The notes under the pieces were generated by a model that worked only from the letters and a program-made list of their open reading frames with translations, made no database searches and had not been told where the DNA came from. From the NCBI GenBank assembly GCA_963735595.1, contig CAVTLK010000005.1:128001-192000 (forward strand): a DNA stretch of 64,000 bases. Direction: 5' to 3'. The translations under genes and the position numbers were made by a program. Below are positions 10,596-21,771 of the stretch, one piece after another. Numbering within the stretch: position 1 is the stretch's first letter; each line of letters opens with the position of its first letter. Source of the stretch: an uncultured delta proteobacterium (GTDB taxonomy: Bacteria > Desulfobacterota > Zymogenia > Zymogenales > Zymogenaceae).

Positions 10596-11869
10596 AGGGC
10601 GAGATCATAACCATAGGAAACGAGCTGTTGTCGGGGCTTGTGGTCGATACCAATCGCTCCTATATCGCCGGACGTCTGATGACGGCCGGGGTTATGTCTT
10701 CCTTTATGACTACCGTCGGCGATGACGAGGACGCGATAGGCGATGCGGTCGGCCGGGCGGTTTCCCGCGCCGGCGTGGTCGTCATTACCGGCGGGTTGGG
10801 CCCCACGCCCGACGATATTACCTCCAAGTGTGTCGCAAAGGCGTTGGAACGGCGGCTCGTGCTTTCCCCCGAGGCCGAGCAGCAGATACGAGACCGGTAC
10901 AAGAAGCGCGGGATACCATTGCCGGCGGACGCCGGCCGGCAGGCCCTGATTCCGCAAGGCGCCCGGGTTATCGTAAACCCGGTCGGGACGGCCCCCGGAT
11001 ACTATCTGGTTATCGGGGAGCGGATCATCGTCGTCCTGCCCGGCGTCCCCGAAGAAATGCGGGTGATGGTCGATCAGGGTGTGTTGCCGATCCTCGAGAC
11101 CCAGCGGAATGCCGACTCCTTTATCGTCAGGAGGATTCTCAGGATATTCGGGCTGACCGAATCGCAGGTCAACGAACGCGTCAGGGAGGTGCCGTACGAC
11201 AGCCGGCGGATAGCCATCGGTTTCCTGCCGGTATTTCCTGAAAACCACCTGACCATCACGGCATGCTCGTCGGTCTCGCGGCAAGAGGCCGAAGAGATCG
11301 GCGACAAGACGGCGCGGGCCATGCGGGCGGTTCTTGGCGACCGGGTCTTCGGCCAGGACGACCAGACTCTTGAGGCGGTGGTCGGGGGAATGCTCATTAA
11401 CCGGGGATGCACCGTGGCCGCAGCGGAATCGTGCACCGGCGGGCTACTTTCCCAGCGGCTTACCGCTATACCGGGCAGCTCTTCGTATTTCCTGCGCGGC
11501 GTGGTGACATATAGCAACGATTCAAAGGCGGATCTCCTGGGAGTCGACCCCGCGCTGATCAGCGAATTCGGCGCGGTAAGCGATACCGTAGCCTCGGCCA
11601 TGGCCCGGGGAATTAAGGAGTCTTCGTCGGCCGACCTGGGCATCTCGATTACCGGGATCGCGGGGCCGTCGGGGGGCACGCGGGAAAAACCGGTCGGAAC
11701 GGTTTTTATCGGGATGGCCTTTGATGACGAGGGGGCGCTCTCGGTCCGCTCGCACGGCTACCGCTTTAACGGGGACCGCGCCAGGATCAGGCTCATTGCC
11801 TCGGAAATGGCGCTCGAGTGGATCAGAAGATATCTCATCCGGGGACCGTCCACGAACGGAGAAATGTAG
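10592..11869 (+). CDS. cinA: Competence/damage-inducible CinA (NMN deamidase PncC fusion)
   Basis: IGNELLSG..DTN, GGLGPTPDDIT, AESCTGG, GIAGPSGG..KPVG; GTG start overlaps the pgpA stop. Confidence 0.93.
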   Translation: MKGEIITIGNELLSGLVVDTNRSYIAGRLMTAGVMSSFMTTVGDDEDAIGDAVGRAVSRAGVVVITGGLGPTPDDITSKCVAKALERRLVLSPEAEQQIRDRYKKRGIPLPADAGRQALIPQGARVIVNPVGTAPGYYLVIGERIIVVLPGVPEEMRVMVDQGVLPILETQRNADSFIVRRILRIFGLTESQVNERVREVPYDSRRIAIGFLPVFPENHLTITACSSVSRQEAEEIGDKTARAMRAVLGDRVFGQDDQTLEAVVGGMLINRGCTVAAAESCTGGLLSQRLTAIPGSSSYFLRGVVTYSNDSKADLLGVDPALISEFGAVSDTVASAMARGIKESSSADLGISITGIAGPSGGTREKPVGTVFIGMAFDDEGALSVRSHGYRFNGDRARIRLIASEMALEWIRRYLIRGPSTNGEM

Positions 11870-11876
11870 GATTACC

Positions 11877-12440
11877 GTGTCTGATCTCAGGCTTTTTATT
11901 GCCGCCCGCCCCCCCGTTGCGGTGCTTCGGGGGATTATCGACCTCTCGGGGTCGCTCGGTTTCAGGGGCGACGGGGTCAGGTGGCTCAAGGGCGACGGGA
12001 TTCACCTGACGCTCAAGTTTCTCGGGAATGCGGACGAGGAGAAAGTGGGGGCAATCGGCCAGGCCGTTTCGAAGTGCGCCCGTGGTGTGGGAGAGATCAG
12101 GCTTGCCGTCGGGGGCGTCGGCGTGTTTCCCGATATGAAACGGGCGCGGGTCATCTGGGTGGGGCTGACGGGCGATATCGCCCGGCTCGAGTCGGTAAGA
12201 AACGCCCTCGAGGAGGGGTGTTTTGCCCTCGGGTTCGATAAGGAGGGGCGCGCCTTTCGCCCGCACCTGACGATTGCCCGGGTAAAGGACCGGCTCTCGT
12301 TTGATACGATTAAGAGAATAGAACAGTCCAGGGATATTATGTTGGGGGATATGGTCGTGGATGCGATCGAGCTCATCAAAAGCGATCTCTCACCGTCGGG
12401 GGCCGCCTATACTACCCTTTCCCACTTTCCGTTAACTTAG
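11877..12440 (+). CDS. thpR: RNA 2',3'-cyclic phosphodiesterase (2H family)
   Basis: RLFIA and two HxT motifs ([16 protein letters not shown]). Confidence 0.9.
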   Translation: MSDLRLFIAARPPVAVLRGIIDLSGSLGFRGDGVRWLKGDGIHLTLKFLGNADEEKVGAIGQAVSKCARGVGEIRLAVGGVGVFPDMKRARVIWVGLTGDIARLESVRNALEEGCFALGFDKEGRAFRPHLTIARVKDRLSFDTIKRIEQSRDIMLGDMVVDAIELIKSDLSPSGAAYTTLSHFPLT

Positions 12441-12457
12441 CGCCGCGGGGGTATTTG

Positions 12458-13480
12458 ATGACTGGTGATGAGAATAAAGAGAAATCATTGAGCCTTGCCC
12501 TTTCGCAAATAGAGAAGCAGTTCGGCAAGGGTTCGATCATGAAACTCGGCGACGATGTGGCCATCCCCGAAATTGCCGTGATCCCCACCGGTTCGTTGGG
12601 CCTGGATCTGGCCCTCGGTGTGGGGGGGATCCCCCGCGGCAGGGTCATTGAGATCTACGGTCCCGAGGCATCGGGGAAGACTACCCTGGCGCTGCACATT
12701 ATCGCGGAGGCCCAGCGCCTGGGCGGAGTGGCGGCGTTTATCGACGCCGAGCACGCGCTGGACATCAACTATGCCGGCAACCTCGGCATAAAGACGCAGG
12801 AGCTCCTGATCTCCCAGCCCGATACCGGAGAGCAGGCGCTCGAGATCACCGATATCCTGGTGCGCAGCGGCGCCGTGGATGTCCTGGTTGTCGACTCGGT
12901 GGCGGCGCTCGTCCCCCGGGCGGAGATCGAGGGGGAAATGGGGGACTCTCACATGGGCCTTCAGGCCCGCCTGATGTCTCAGGCGATGCGTAAACTCACC
13001 GGGTCAATCTCCAAGTCCAAGACGGCCGTGATTTTCATCAACCAGATCAGGATGAAAATAGGGGTGATTTTCGGCAATCCCGAGACGACGACCGGCGGCA
13101 ATGCCCTGAAGTTCTATTCGAGCGTCAGGCTCGATATCCGCAGGACTGCCGCGCTCAAGGAAGGCCAGGACGTCGTCGGAAACCGCACAAAGGTAAAGGT
13201 CGTGAAAAACAAGATCGCCCCTCCCTTCAAGGAAGTGGAGTTTGATATCATATACGGCCTGGGGATCTCCAAGGAAGGGGAGCTTGTAGACATGGCCTCC
13301 GACGACGGGATAATTGAGAAGAGCGGCACCTGGTACTCGTACGGCGAAGAGCGAATCGGCCAGGGAAGGGAGAACGCCAAGAGGTTCCTCCTTGAGAATC
13401 CGGATACCTGCGCCCAGATCAGAACCAAGGTCATGGAAAAGCACGGATTTATCAGGAATCCACAGAAGGATCCGTCATAA
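12458..13480 (+). CDS. recA: Recombinase RecA
   Basis: [47 protein letters not shown]. Confidence 0.99.
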   Translation: MTGDENKEKSLSLALSQIEKQFGKGSIMKLGDDVAIPEIAVIPTGSLGLDLALGVGGIPRGRVIEIYGPEASGKTTLALHIIAEAQRLGGVAAFIDAEHALDINYAGNLGIKTQELLISQPDTGEQALEITDILVRSGAVDVLVVDSVAALVPRAEIEGEMGDSHMGLQARLMSQAMRKLTGSISKSKTAVIFINQIRMKIGVIFGNPETTTGGNALKFYSSVRLDIRRTAALKEGQDVVGNRTKVKVVKNKIAPPFKEVEFDIIYGLGISKEGELVDMASDDGIIEKSGTWYSYGEERIGQGRENAKRFLLENPDTCAQIRTKVMEKHGFIRNPQKDPS

Positions 13481-13490
13481 GAGGTACGCG

Positions 13491-14657
13491 ATGGACATCA
13501 ACGAAGTATTGAAGATTGCGGTCAAGCAGGGGGCGTCCGATATCCACCTCAAGGTGGGGCTCCCTCCGGTCTTTCGGATCGATGGATCGCTATATCCCCT
13601 CAAGAACGCGCCGCGGCTTACTCCCGACGAAATCGCGAAAATCGCCGAGGGGATCATGAATAAGAAGCAGAATGAGCGGTTTCGCGAAATCAACGAGGTC
13701 GACCTTGCCTACGGCGTTCCCGGTCTGGGCAGGTTTCGCGTGAACGTATTTCAGCAGCGGGGGACGATGGGGGTGGTGCTGCGCTCGATCCCGGTCAAGA
13801 TAAAATCGATTCCGGAGCTCAACCTGCCGACGGTCCTCGAAAAGGTCGCCTCGGAGCCGCGGGGTCTTATTCTCGTGACCGGGACGACCGGTTCCGGTAA
13901 GTCGACCACCCTGGCCTCCATGATCGACCACGTCAACTCGAACCGGACCTGCCACATCATCACGATCGAGGACCCGATCGAGTTTCTCCACCGGGACAAA
14001 AAAAGCATCATCAACCAGCGGGAGATCGGGTTTGACACCGGGAGCTTTGCCGTGGCGCTCAAGAGCGCCCTGCGGCAGGACCCGGACGTTATCCTCGTGG
14101 GCGAGATGCGGGATTTCGAGACCATCGAGACGGCGCTCACCGCCGCCGAGACCGGCCACCTGGTCCTGAGCACCCTGCACACCGTTGACGCCACCGAGAC
14201 GATCACCCGGATTATCTCCGTGTTTCCCCCCTATCAGCAGCAGCAGATCCGGTTCCAGCTGGCCGGTATCCTCAAGGGCGTCATCTCCCAGCGGCTTGTC
14301 CCCCGGGCGGACGGCAAGGGCCGGGTGCCCGCGGTAGAGGTGCTGATCTCGACCGCCATGATCCGGGAGTGCATCTCCGACAAGGACAAGACCAAGGAGA
14401 TCCACGACGCCATTGCCAAGGGCTTTACCGTCCACGGGATGCAGACCTTTGACCAGTCGCTCATGTTTCTGTATCGGCGCGCCCTCATCACCTACGACGA
14501 AGCGCTCAGGCAGAGCAGCAACCCCGACGACTTCGCGCTCAGGGTCAAGGGGATATCCTCCACGAGCGACAGTACCTGGGACGCCTTTGACAAGGGGCCG
14601 GAGGCAGAGCCCGACGAAGCCGCTCCGGATGAAGAGCTTAATATCGAGAGGTTCTAA
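13491..14657 (+). CDS. pilT: PilT/PilU-family type IV pilus retraction ATPase
   Basis: ASDIHL, GTTGSGKSTT, TIEDPIE, LRQDPDVILVGEMRD, AETGHLVLSTLHT, GMQTFDQSL. Confidence 0.9.
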   Translation: MDINEVLKIAVKQGASDIHLKVGLPPVFRIDGSLYPLKNAPRLTPDEIAKIAEGIMNKKQNERFREINEVDLAYGVPGLGRFRVNVFQQRGTMGVVLRSIPVKIKSIPELNLPTVLEKVASEPRGLILVTGTTGSGKSTTLASMIDHVNSNRTCHIITIEDPIEFLHRDKKSIINQREIGFDTGSFAVALKSALRQDPDVILVGEMRDFETIETALTAAETGHLVLSTLHTVDATETITRIISVFPPYQQQQIRFQLAGILKGVISQRLVPRADGKGRVPAVEVLISTAMIRECISDKDKTKEIHDAIAKGFTVHGMQTFDQSLMFLYRRALITYDEALRQSSNPDDFALRVKGISSTSDSTWDAFDKGPEAEPDEAAPDEELNIERF

Positions 14658-15134
14658 GTGGCCGCCAGGAGCGAGGAGGCAACTCACGCCTCGGCGATGA
14701 GAATTATCTCGATTCGCCCCCACAGCGCTTTTGAGCTAAGGCGAAAGCTCCTTGCAAAGGGGGCGGATAGAGCGACGGCCGACCGGGTCGTCGACCGCCT
14801 TGCCGGCGTTGACCTGATAAACGACGGCAGGTTCGCCCGCGACTATATCGAATTCGCTTTTCTGAGGAAATCGTGGGGCGTGCGCAAAGTCCGGGCCGGC
14901 CTGATGGAGCGGGGGATAGACCGGGCGGTCATCGAGGATACACTCGGCTCTCCGGACGCGGCCGAGATGGAACGGGAGGGGGCGCGCCGGTTTGTGGACA
15001 AACAGGTCAGGGGTGGCGACCTCTCCGCGGAGCATATACGAAAGATATCCGGCAAGCTTGTCGCCCGCGGGTTTGGATGGGACGTCGTCTCGCGGGTGAT
15101 CAAGGATATCGGGCAATCCATCGAGGAGCCGTGA
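14658..15134 (+). CDS. recX: Regulatory protein RecX
   Basis: RPHSAFELRRKL, INDGRFA, GLMERGI, LVARGF; downstream of recA. Confidence 0.88.
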   Translation: MAARSEEATHASAMRIISIRPHSAFELRRKLLAKGADRATADRVVDRLAGVDLINDGRFARDYIEFAFLRKSWGVRKVRAGLMERGIDRAVIEDTLGSPDAAEMEREGARRFVDKQVRGGDLSAEHIRKISGKLVARGFGWDVVSRVIKDIGQSIEEP

Positions 15135-15259
15135 GTCAGCCGATGGGGAGCCTTCGCGGATACCGCGGGCACATAGTGCGTATTTACCGGGGTCTTGTGA
15201 CCCCGCTGTCATACTGATTGTTCCGTTGAGCCGTTAATTGGGTTAAATAGGAATCTGCC

Positions 15260-17890
15260 ATGAAAGGGAGCGAAATTCGCGAAAAGTTCCTCAGCTACTT
15301 CGAATCGAAGGGCCACCGCCGGGTGCGCTCGTCTTCCCTCGTGCCCCAGTCGGACCCCACGCTGCTGTTTACCAACGCCGGCATGGTCCAGTTCAAGAAC
15401 GTCTTTACCGGCGACGAAAAACGCGAATACAAGCGCGCCGCCACGTCCCAGAAATGCCTCCGGGTCAGCGGCAAGCACAACGACCTGGAAAACGTCGGGG
15501 TTACGGCGCGCCACCATACCTTCTTCGAGATGCTCGGCAATTTCTCGTTCGGGGACTATTTCAAGAAGGACGCGATCATCTTCGGGTGGGAATTCCTCAC
15601 CAAAGACATGGGACTGCCCAAAGATAAGCTCTGGGCGACGATCTATACCGATGACGATGAGGCGCACGGCCTCTGGAAGGACGTGATCCATGTGCCGGCA
15701 GACCGGATCGTCCGCCTGGGCGAGAAGGACAACTTCTGGGCGATGGGCGAGACCGGGCCCTGCGGGCCCTGCTCGGAGATCATCATCGACCAGGGCAAAG
15801 ACATGGCCTGCGGGCCGAACTGCGGAATCGGGACGTGCGATTGCGACCGGTTCCTGGAGCTCTGGAACCTCGTTTTCATGCAGTTCGTCCGGGACGCATC
15901 GGGGCAGATGTCGCCTCTCCCCCGCCCCTCCATCGATACGGGGATGGGTCTGGAGAGGATCGCGGCCGTCGTCCAGGGGAAACGCAGCAACTACGATTCC
16001 GACCTGTTTCGCCCCATCATCGAGGCAATCGGGCAGATCGCGTCAAACGGGTACGGCACCGACCATAAGAAGGATACCTCCATGCGGGCGGTGGCCGACC
16101 ATGCCCGATCGGCGGCGTTCCTGATTGCCGACGGGGTAATGCCGGCAAACGACGGCAGGGGCTACGTCCTGCGCCGGATCATGCGCCGGGCGCTGAGGCA
16201 CGGTAAGCTTCCTGGGCGTGACGGACCCGTTCCTGTTTAAGGTCGCAGACGTCGTCGTGGACGAGATGGCTCCCGTCTACCCGGAGCTCTCGGAGCACCG
16301 GATGTTTATCGCCTCGGTGGTCAAGGCCGAGGAAGAAAAATTCATCGAGACCCTCGACAAGGGGCTGGTGCTCCTTTCCGAGGAGGTTGCATCAACAAAG
16401 AAGCGGGCGGCGGCGTCCTCTCCGGCGAGGTGGCCTTCAAGCTCTATGATACCTTCGGGTTCCCGCTTGATTTGACGCAGGACATCATCAAGGACGAGGG
16501 AATCGGGGTGGATATCGCAGGCTTCGAGGCGGCGATGGGCGTGCAGCGGGAAAAAAGCAAGGCCGCGTGGAAGGGATCGGGCGATGAACAGGTGGCCGGG
16601 GTCTACCTGAAGCTGGCCGCCGACGGGATATCGTCCGAATTTATCGGCTACGAGTCGACGAGCGCACAGTCGAAGGTTACGGCCGTCGTCTCGGCGGCGC
16701 GGCGGTGAAAGCCGGTTCGCCCGGCGATGAGGTCGAGATCGTGACCGAGAAGACCCCGTTTTACGGAGAGATGGGGGGCCAGGTGGGAGACACCGGCACG
16801 ATAACGGCCGACGGCCTGCTCGTCGAGGTTACCGACTCCGCACGGCCGTCCGACCACATCATCGCCCACCGGGGGGTGATAAAAAAGGGCAAGATCGCCG
16901 TCGGTGATTCCGTGACACTTACCGTCAACGACGGGCCGCGCCGGATGACCGAGGCAAACCACAGCGCCACCCACCTGCTTCACGCGGCGCTCAAGGCGGT
17001 CCTGGGCGAGCACGTCAAGCAGGCCGGGTCTCTCGTCAGCCCGGAGCGGCTGCGGTTTGACTACAGCCATTTCGGGCAGGTCAAGAAGGGCGAGCTGGAG
17101 CGGGTCGAGGATATCGTCAACGAGCGTATCCGGGAGGACCACGAGGTCGTGGCGCGGGAACTGGCCGTACGACGCGGCCATCGCCGAGGGCGCCACGGCG
17201 CTCTTCGGCGAAAAATACGGCGACGTGGTCAGGATGGTCAAGGTACCGGGCGTTTCGATGGAGCTCTGCGGAGGGACGCATACCGACAGGACCGGCAAGA
17301 TCGGCGTCTTCAAAATCGTCCACGAGGGCTCGATCGCCTCGGGCGTCCGCCGTATCGAGGCGGTGACCGGGGTCGGCGCGCTGGCGCATCTCAGGCGCGA
17401 GGAACAGATCCTTTCCGACATCGCGGAGGTGCTCAAGAGCACGCCGGAGGAGGCGCCGGCCAGGGTCGAGAAGCTCGCCGCTCAGGTCAAGGCGCTGACC
17501 AGGGAGATCGAGCGGATCAAGAGCGGGGGGGGGGTCGTCTCGGTGGAGAGCGTCGTCAAGGGCGCAAAAGAGAAGGCGGGGATTTTTGTCGTCTCCGAGG
17601 TCATCCCGGACATGGACCCCAAGTCGCTGAGGGACTTTTCGGACAAGGTCAGGGACCGGATGAACAAGGCCGTCATCGCCCTGGGGTCGGTCTCCGAAGA
17701 CAAGGCGGTGCTCCTGGTGACCGTCACCAAAGATATCGCCGATAAATACCACGCCGGCAACATCATCCGGGGTATGGCCGAGGTCGTGGGCGGCAAGGGC
17801 GGCGGCAGGCCCGACTTTGCCCAGGCGGGGGGGCCGGACGCGGGGAAGATCGACGCGGCGGTCCAGAAGGTATTTGAGTACGTGAAGTAG
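15260..17890 (+). CDS. alaS: Alanine--tRNA ligase (about 4 frameshifts, probable sequence errors)
   Basis: [94 protein letters not shown] across consecutive ORFs. Confidence 0.95.
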
Positions 17891-17931
17891 GACGGGTGCC
17901 TCTTTAGCGGCACCTGCAGAAGGATACGGGC

Positions 17932-18393
17932 GTGAAAAAGGTCAATCTCGCGGAAAAATTCGCCCTCTTTTCCGATCTCTGGAGCCCCAGGGTGGTCGGC
18001 GAGATCGGGGACTACCACCTGAAGCTTGCCAAGCTCAAGGGCGAGTTTCTGTGGCACAGGCACGATGCCGAGGACGAGATGTTCCTGGTCGTTACGGGGA
18101 GGCTCGTCATAAAACTCCGCGATTCCGATATCGAGCTCTTGCCCGGGGAGTTTTTGATTATCCCGCGCGGCGTGGAGCATATGCCGGTCGCCGACGAAGA
18201 GGCGCACGTGGTACTGTTCGAGCCGAAGACGACGGTCAATACGGGCGACGTGGCAAGCGAGCGGACGAAGACAGAAGTGGAGTGGATTCTCGCCACAATC
18301 CTCCTGATATTCACTAACTCCTCAAAACCACGATATCTAACTCCTCAACACCTATCATCCCAAAAAGCCATAGATCAAAGCGGCAAAAGATAA
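17932..18393 (+). CDS. Cupin domain protein (true end probably near 18290)
   Basis: KGEFLWHRHDAEDEMFLV and IIPRGVEHMP cupin motifs; the tail after VEWI looks spurious. Confidence 0.85.
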   Translation: MKKVNLAEKFALFSDLWSPRVVGEIGDYHLKLAKLKGEFLWHRHDAEDEMFLVVTGRLVIKLRDSDIELLPGEFLIIPRGVEHMPVADEEAHVVLFEPKTTVNTGDVASERTKTEVEWILATILLIFTNSSKPRYLTPQHLSSQKAIDQSGKR

Positions 18394-19010
18394 TGAAACA
18401 AGTACTACCATCACCCCCAAACACCCCTTCTTCGGCTCGATGACGGTTCGGCCCGATGAGCCGGGCGAAATGAGTATCGGCCCGTCGGTATCGGGCACCG
18501 ACGGTTTGCCGATTCCATCTCGATATTCTTGTTCACGTTGAAGCTGAACGTCTTGGTCTTGACGACGACCGGGGCTTCGGGCGTATCGAGCGTCCCGTTC
18601 CCGGTCACGTCTCCCAGCCGCTCCACGACACTCTGAGCCCGGTGAATCTTGTCCCTGTCAATAGGGATCTCCTTTCCGCAGTTCTGGCAGAAGACCTTGT
18701 CCCCCTCACCAAGTTGTGCAAGGCTCCGTGAAACGGTCGAGAGCGTGTTACAGTGGGGACATTGCAGGGCGACAGTGCTTCGGGTTACGGTCGTTATCCC
18801 CGTCGGCATGTCGGGCGCGCCGGGGACCCCGAGCCGCTGGAGGATCTCTTCTACGTTCTTGAAAGCCTCGCTGTCGACGGGGATATCGCTGCCGCACTTT
18901 TCGCAGGTCAGCCTACGCCCTTGGGCCAGGTCCTTGATGGCCAGATGGGGTTTGGTGGTGTGCCCGCAGGAGGGGCAGGTAAAGGATATCGTTTCCCTGG
19001 TGATATTCAT
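18355..19010 (-). CDS. Tandem zinc-ribbon protein with probable C-terminal membrane anchor (frameshifted)
   Basis: CPSC..CEKC and CPHC..CQNC; alternate frame ends KKGCLGVMVVLVSLSFAALIYGFLG* (stop 18355-18357). Confidence 0.6.
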
Positions 19011-19048
19011 TTATTTTTCCTTCCTCGGTGTATAACCTAAACGGGGGC

Positions 19049-19951
19049 TCAAAACGTCACGAACTCCCCGATTCGTTCAGCCTTCTTCTTTCCTATTCCC
19101 TTGACCTGTTCCAAGTCGGCGACAGTCTTGAACGGCCCTCTTTTTGTGCGGGTGTCAATGATGCGGCCTGCCGTCACCTCCCCCACGCCGGGTATCCGCA
19201 TGAGGTCGAAGGCCGCCGCCCGGTTGATGTCAACCGGCGGGTCGTCCTTCGTCAGCTTATCGGAGGGGTGGGAAGGTTCCTCCTCGTCGGCCCGTTCCAC
19301 GGTTCCCAGGCTCCCCCCAAGCTTCGGGCCGAAGGAGACGTAGCGGGCGATCGTTTTGGCCTTGTCTTTGCCCAGCCCCGGCACCTCATAGAGGTCGGTC
19401 TCGGCCAGAAAATCCCCGTGGGCCTTCCGGTAGGCGACGATCCGCGCGGCCGAGGCCTCCCCGATGCCGGGGATGAGCGTGATATCGGGTGCGGACGCCC
19501 TGTTGATGTCAAAGTCGAGGCCCAGGGCGTAGCGTTCCGTGGGCGGCAGCTCCTCGATGATCACGCGGCGGCCGTGGCGGGTTTCAATGACGTTGATCCG
19601 GCTGCCGTCGGGCACCTTGCGCTTGAGGGTCTTGTTGTCTATGCCGGCCTTTCCGACCTCCCAGCGATCAAGCGCGGACCCGACGGCCGTGCCCTTCGGA
19701 AGGATTTCGATGGCGCCGCCGGGCGCGCGGCAGACGACCCGCGATTGGACCGGATCGGGAAAGAAGCGACCATCGACCCAGCGAACGATATATGAGGCCG
19801 TGCAGACAAGGAGGATGACGGCGGCGAGAAACACGATCCCCGGACGGTAGCGCCGGATATCGGGGAGAGGGGGTGGAATTTCGACGGAGCGGTTGTCAGA
19901 AACCGTATCCGAACAGGAGGTTGTCTTATCGGGGCGAGCTATCTCTTCCAC
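19049..19951 (-). CDS. comEA: ComEA-family DNA-binding protein with two helix-hairpin-helix domains
   Basis: TM helix, then DINRAS..IPGIGEASAARI..VPGLG and DINRAA..IPGVGEVTAGRI..VKGIG. Confidence 0.8.
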   Translation of the reverse strand: MEEIARPDKTTSCSDTVSDNRSVEIPPPLPDIRRYRPGIVFLAAVILLVCTASYIVRWVDGRFFPDPVQSRVVCRAPGGAIEILPKGTAVGSALDRWEVGKAGIDNKTLKRKVPDGSRINVIETRHGRRVIIEELPPTERYALGLDFDINRASAPDITLIPGIGEASAARIVAYRKAHGDFLAETDLYEVPGLGKDKAKTIARYVSFGPKLGGSLGTVERADEEEPSHPSDKLTKDDPPVDINRAAAFDLMRIPGVGEVTAGRIIDTRTKRGPFKTVADLEQVKGIGKKKAERIGEFVTF

Positions 19952-19993
19952 AGATCGACCGATAATGATGATTCAATGGTAACGAAATATTAT

Positions 19994-20141
19994 GTCATTG
20001 CGAGGAAGCGAAGCAGCTTGCTTCGCTTTGCTCGCAACAGGCTCCGCAATACCCTGATTCGCGCGAGGTAATTATCTTCTGTCCCGGGTTCCTCGATGTA
20101 GTCAGGGGATTGCCGCGCACCCTTCGGGTGCTCGCAATGAC
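19994..20141. repeat. Palindromic intergenic element GTCATTGCGAG...CTCGCAATGAC (REP/RPE-like), copy 1
   Basis: 11-bp perfect terminal inverted repeats, internal GCAAT../GATTGC and nested hairpins; second copy at 49645. Confidence 0.8.
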
Positions 20142-20169
20142 GGTTTAAGACGACGGCGATAGAGTATTC

Positions 20170-21762
20170 TTAGCTCCCTTCCCTGGCCCGGCGCTTCTTC
20201 TCGTCCTTCAGGAGTTTATACTCGATGCTGTCCACCAGCGCGTTCCAGCTGGCCTGGATGATGTTGGGGTGCACGCCGACGGTTTCCCACGTGTCTTCCT
20301 TGTCTCCCGATTCAATGAGGACGCGGACGGTTGCCGCGGTGCCGTCCTCGGTGGTGATCACGCGCACCTTGTAGTCCAGGAGACGCATGTCGGCAAGCTC
20401 CGGGTAGAACTTTTCCAGCGCCTTGCGTATGGCGTTGTCCAGCGCGTTGACCGGCCCGTTGCCGGTGGCGGCGGTGTGCTCGACGCGGCCGTCCACGTCG
20501 ATCATGACGGTGGCCTCGGACAGCGGCTCCTTGTCACCCGTGCGCCGTTCCACGATGATCCGAAAACCCCGCAGACGGAACGAAGGCTTGTAGCGGCCAA
20601 GGCCGCGGTTGACCAGGAGCTCGAACGAGGCGTCGGCCCCCTCGAACTGGTAGCCCCTGCTTTCCATTTCCTTGATGCTCTTGACCAGCAGCTTGGTCTT
20701 CTCGTCCTCTGTCGAAAGGTTGATGCCCAGCTGCTTTGCCTTGAACCGGATGCTGGAGTGCCCCGACTGGTCGGAGATGAGGATCCGCTGTTCGTTTCCG
20801 ACCAGCGCCGGGTCGATGTGTTCGTAGGTGAGGGGGTTCTTGGTGACGGCGCTGGCGTGGATGCCCCCCTTATGAGCAAACGCGCTCTCCCCGACGTACG
20901 GCCCGTGTTTATCCGGTACCCGGTTTGCCATATCGTCCACGAACCGGGAGACCTCCTTGAGCCGGGCCAGCTGCTTGTCGGAGATGCACTCGATGTCCAT
21001 CTTTATCTTCAGGTTAGGGATAATCGTGCAGAGGTTGGCGTTGCCGCACCGCTCCCCGTAGCCGTTGAGCGTTCCCTGGACCTGATCGATCCCCATCTCA
21101 ACCGCGAAGAGGGAATTTGCCACGGCAAGGCCGTTGTCGTTGTGGCAGTGGATGCCCAGCGGCAGGCTGACCGTTTCCCTGACGCGGCCGATGATCTCCC
21201 TGATCTGCCAGGGCATCATCCCGCCGTTCGTATCGCACAGCACGATGCAGTCGGCGCCCGCGACCGCTGCCGCCGAAAGCGTCGCCAGGGCGTAGTCGGT
21301 ATCGGCGACGAAGCCGTCAAAGAAGTGCTCGGCGTCGTAGAAGAGCTCGCGCGTCCTGGGCCTCAGATAACGCAGCGTATCGGCGATCATGCCCAGGTTC
21401 TCCTCGGGGGAGCACCCAAGCGCCTCCCGCACGTGGATATCCCACGATTTCCCGAAGATGGTGATCACCTCGGTCTCGACGGCCGCCAGCGTCTTGAGAA
21501 GCTCGTCGTTTTCGGCGGCGATTCCCTTTTTCCGGGTGCTGCCGAACGCGGCAACCTTGGCGATGGAAAAGCGCATCGTCTTTACCGCCTTGAAAAACGC
21601 GTCGTCCTTGGGATTGGTGCCCGGCCATCCGCCCTCGATGTAGTGAACGCCCAGGTCGTCCAGTCGCTTGGCGATCCTGAGCTTATCGTCGAGGATAAAC
21701 GAGATATCCTCGGCCTGGGCCCCGTCTCTCAAGGTAGTGTCATAGATCTTGACAAACCGCAT
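20170..21762 (-). CDS. cimA: Citramalate synthase
   Basis: YDTTLRDGAQAE, IEGGWPG, YDAEHFFDG, HCHNDNG, GYGERCGNANL, AFAHKGGIH. Confidence 0.9.
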   Translation of the reverse strand: MRFVKIYDTTLRDGAQAEDISFILDDKLRIAKRLDDLGVHYIEGGWPGTNPKDDAFFKAVKTMRFSIAKVAAFGSTRKKGIAAENDELLKTLAAVETEVITIFGKSWDIHVREALGCSPEENLGMIADTLRYLRPRTRELFYDAEHFFDGFVADTDYALATLSAAAVAGADCIVLCDTNGGMMPWQIREIIGRVRETVSLPLGIHCHNDNGLAVANSLFAVEMGIDQVQGTLNGYGERCGNANLCTIIPNLKIKMDIECISDKQLARLKEVSRFVDDMANRVPDKHGPYVGESAFAHKGGIHASAVTKNPLTYEHIDPALVGNEQRILISDQSGHSSIRFKAKQLGINLSTEDEKTKLLVKSIKEMESRGYQFEGADASFELLVNRGLGRYKPSFRLRGFRIIVERRTGDKEPLSEATVMIDVDGRVEHTAATGNGPVNALDNAIRKALEKFYPELADMRLLDYKVRVITTEDGTAATVRVLIESGDKEDTWETVGVHPNIIQASWNALVDSIEYKLLKDEKKRRAREGS

Positions 21763-21771
21763 CGGCTCTCC

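Noticed and set aside
15260..17890. alaS as a pseudogene or recoded gene
   Set aside because: Essential gene with all motifs intact; about 4 single-base indels are best explained by assembly error
18314..18348. Direct repeat CTAACTCCTCAA x2
   Set aside because: Only two 12-bp copies with an 11-bp spacer; not a CRISPR or iteron array
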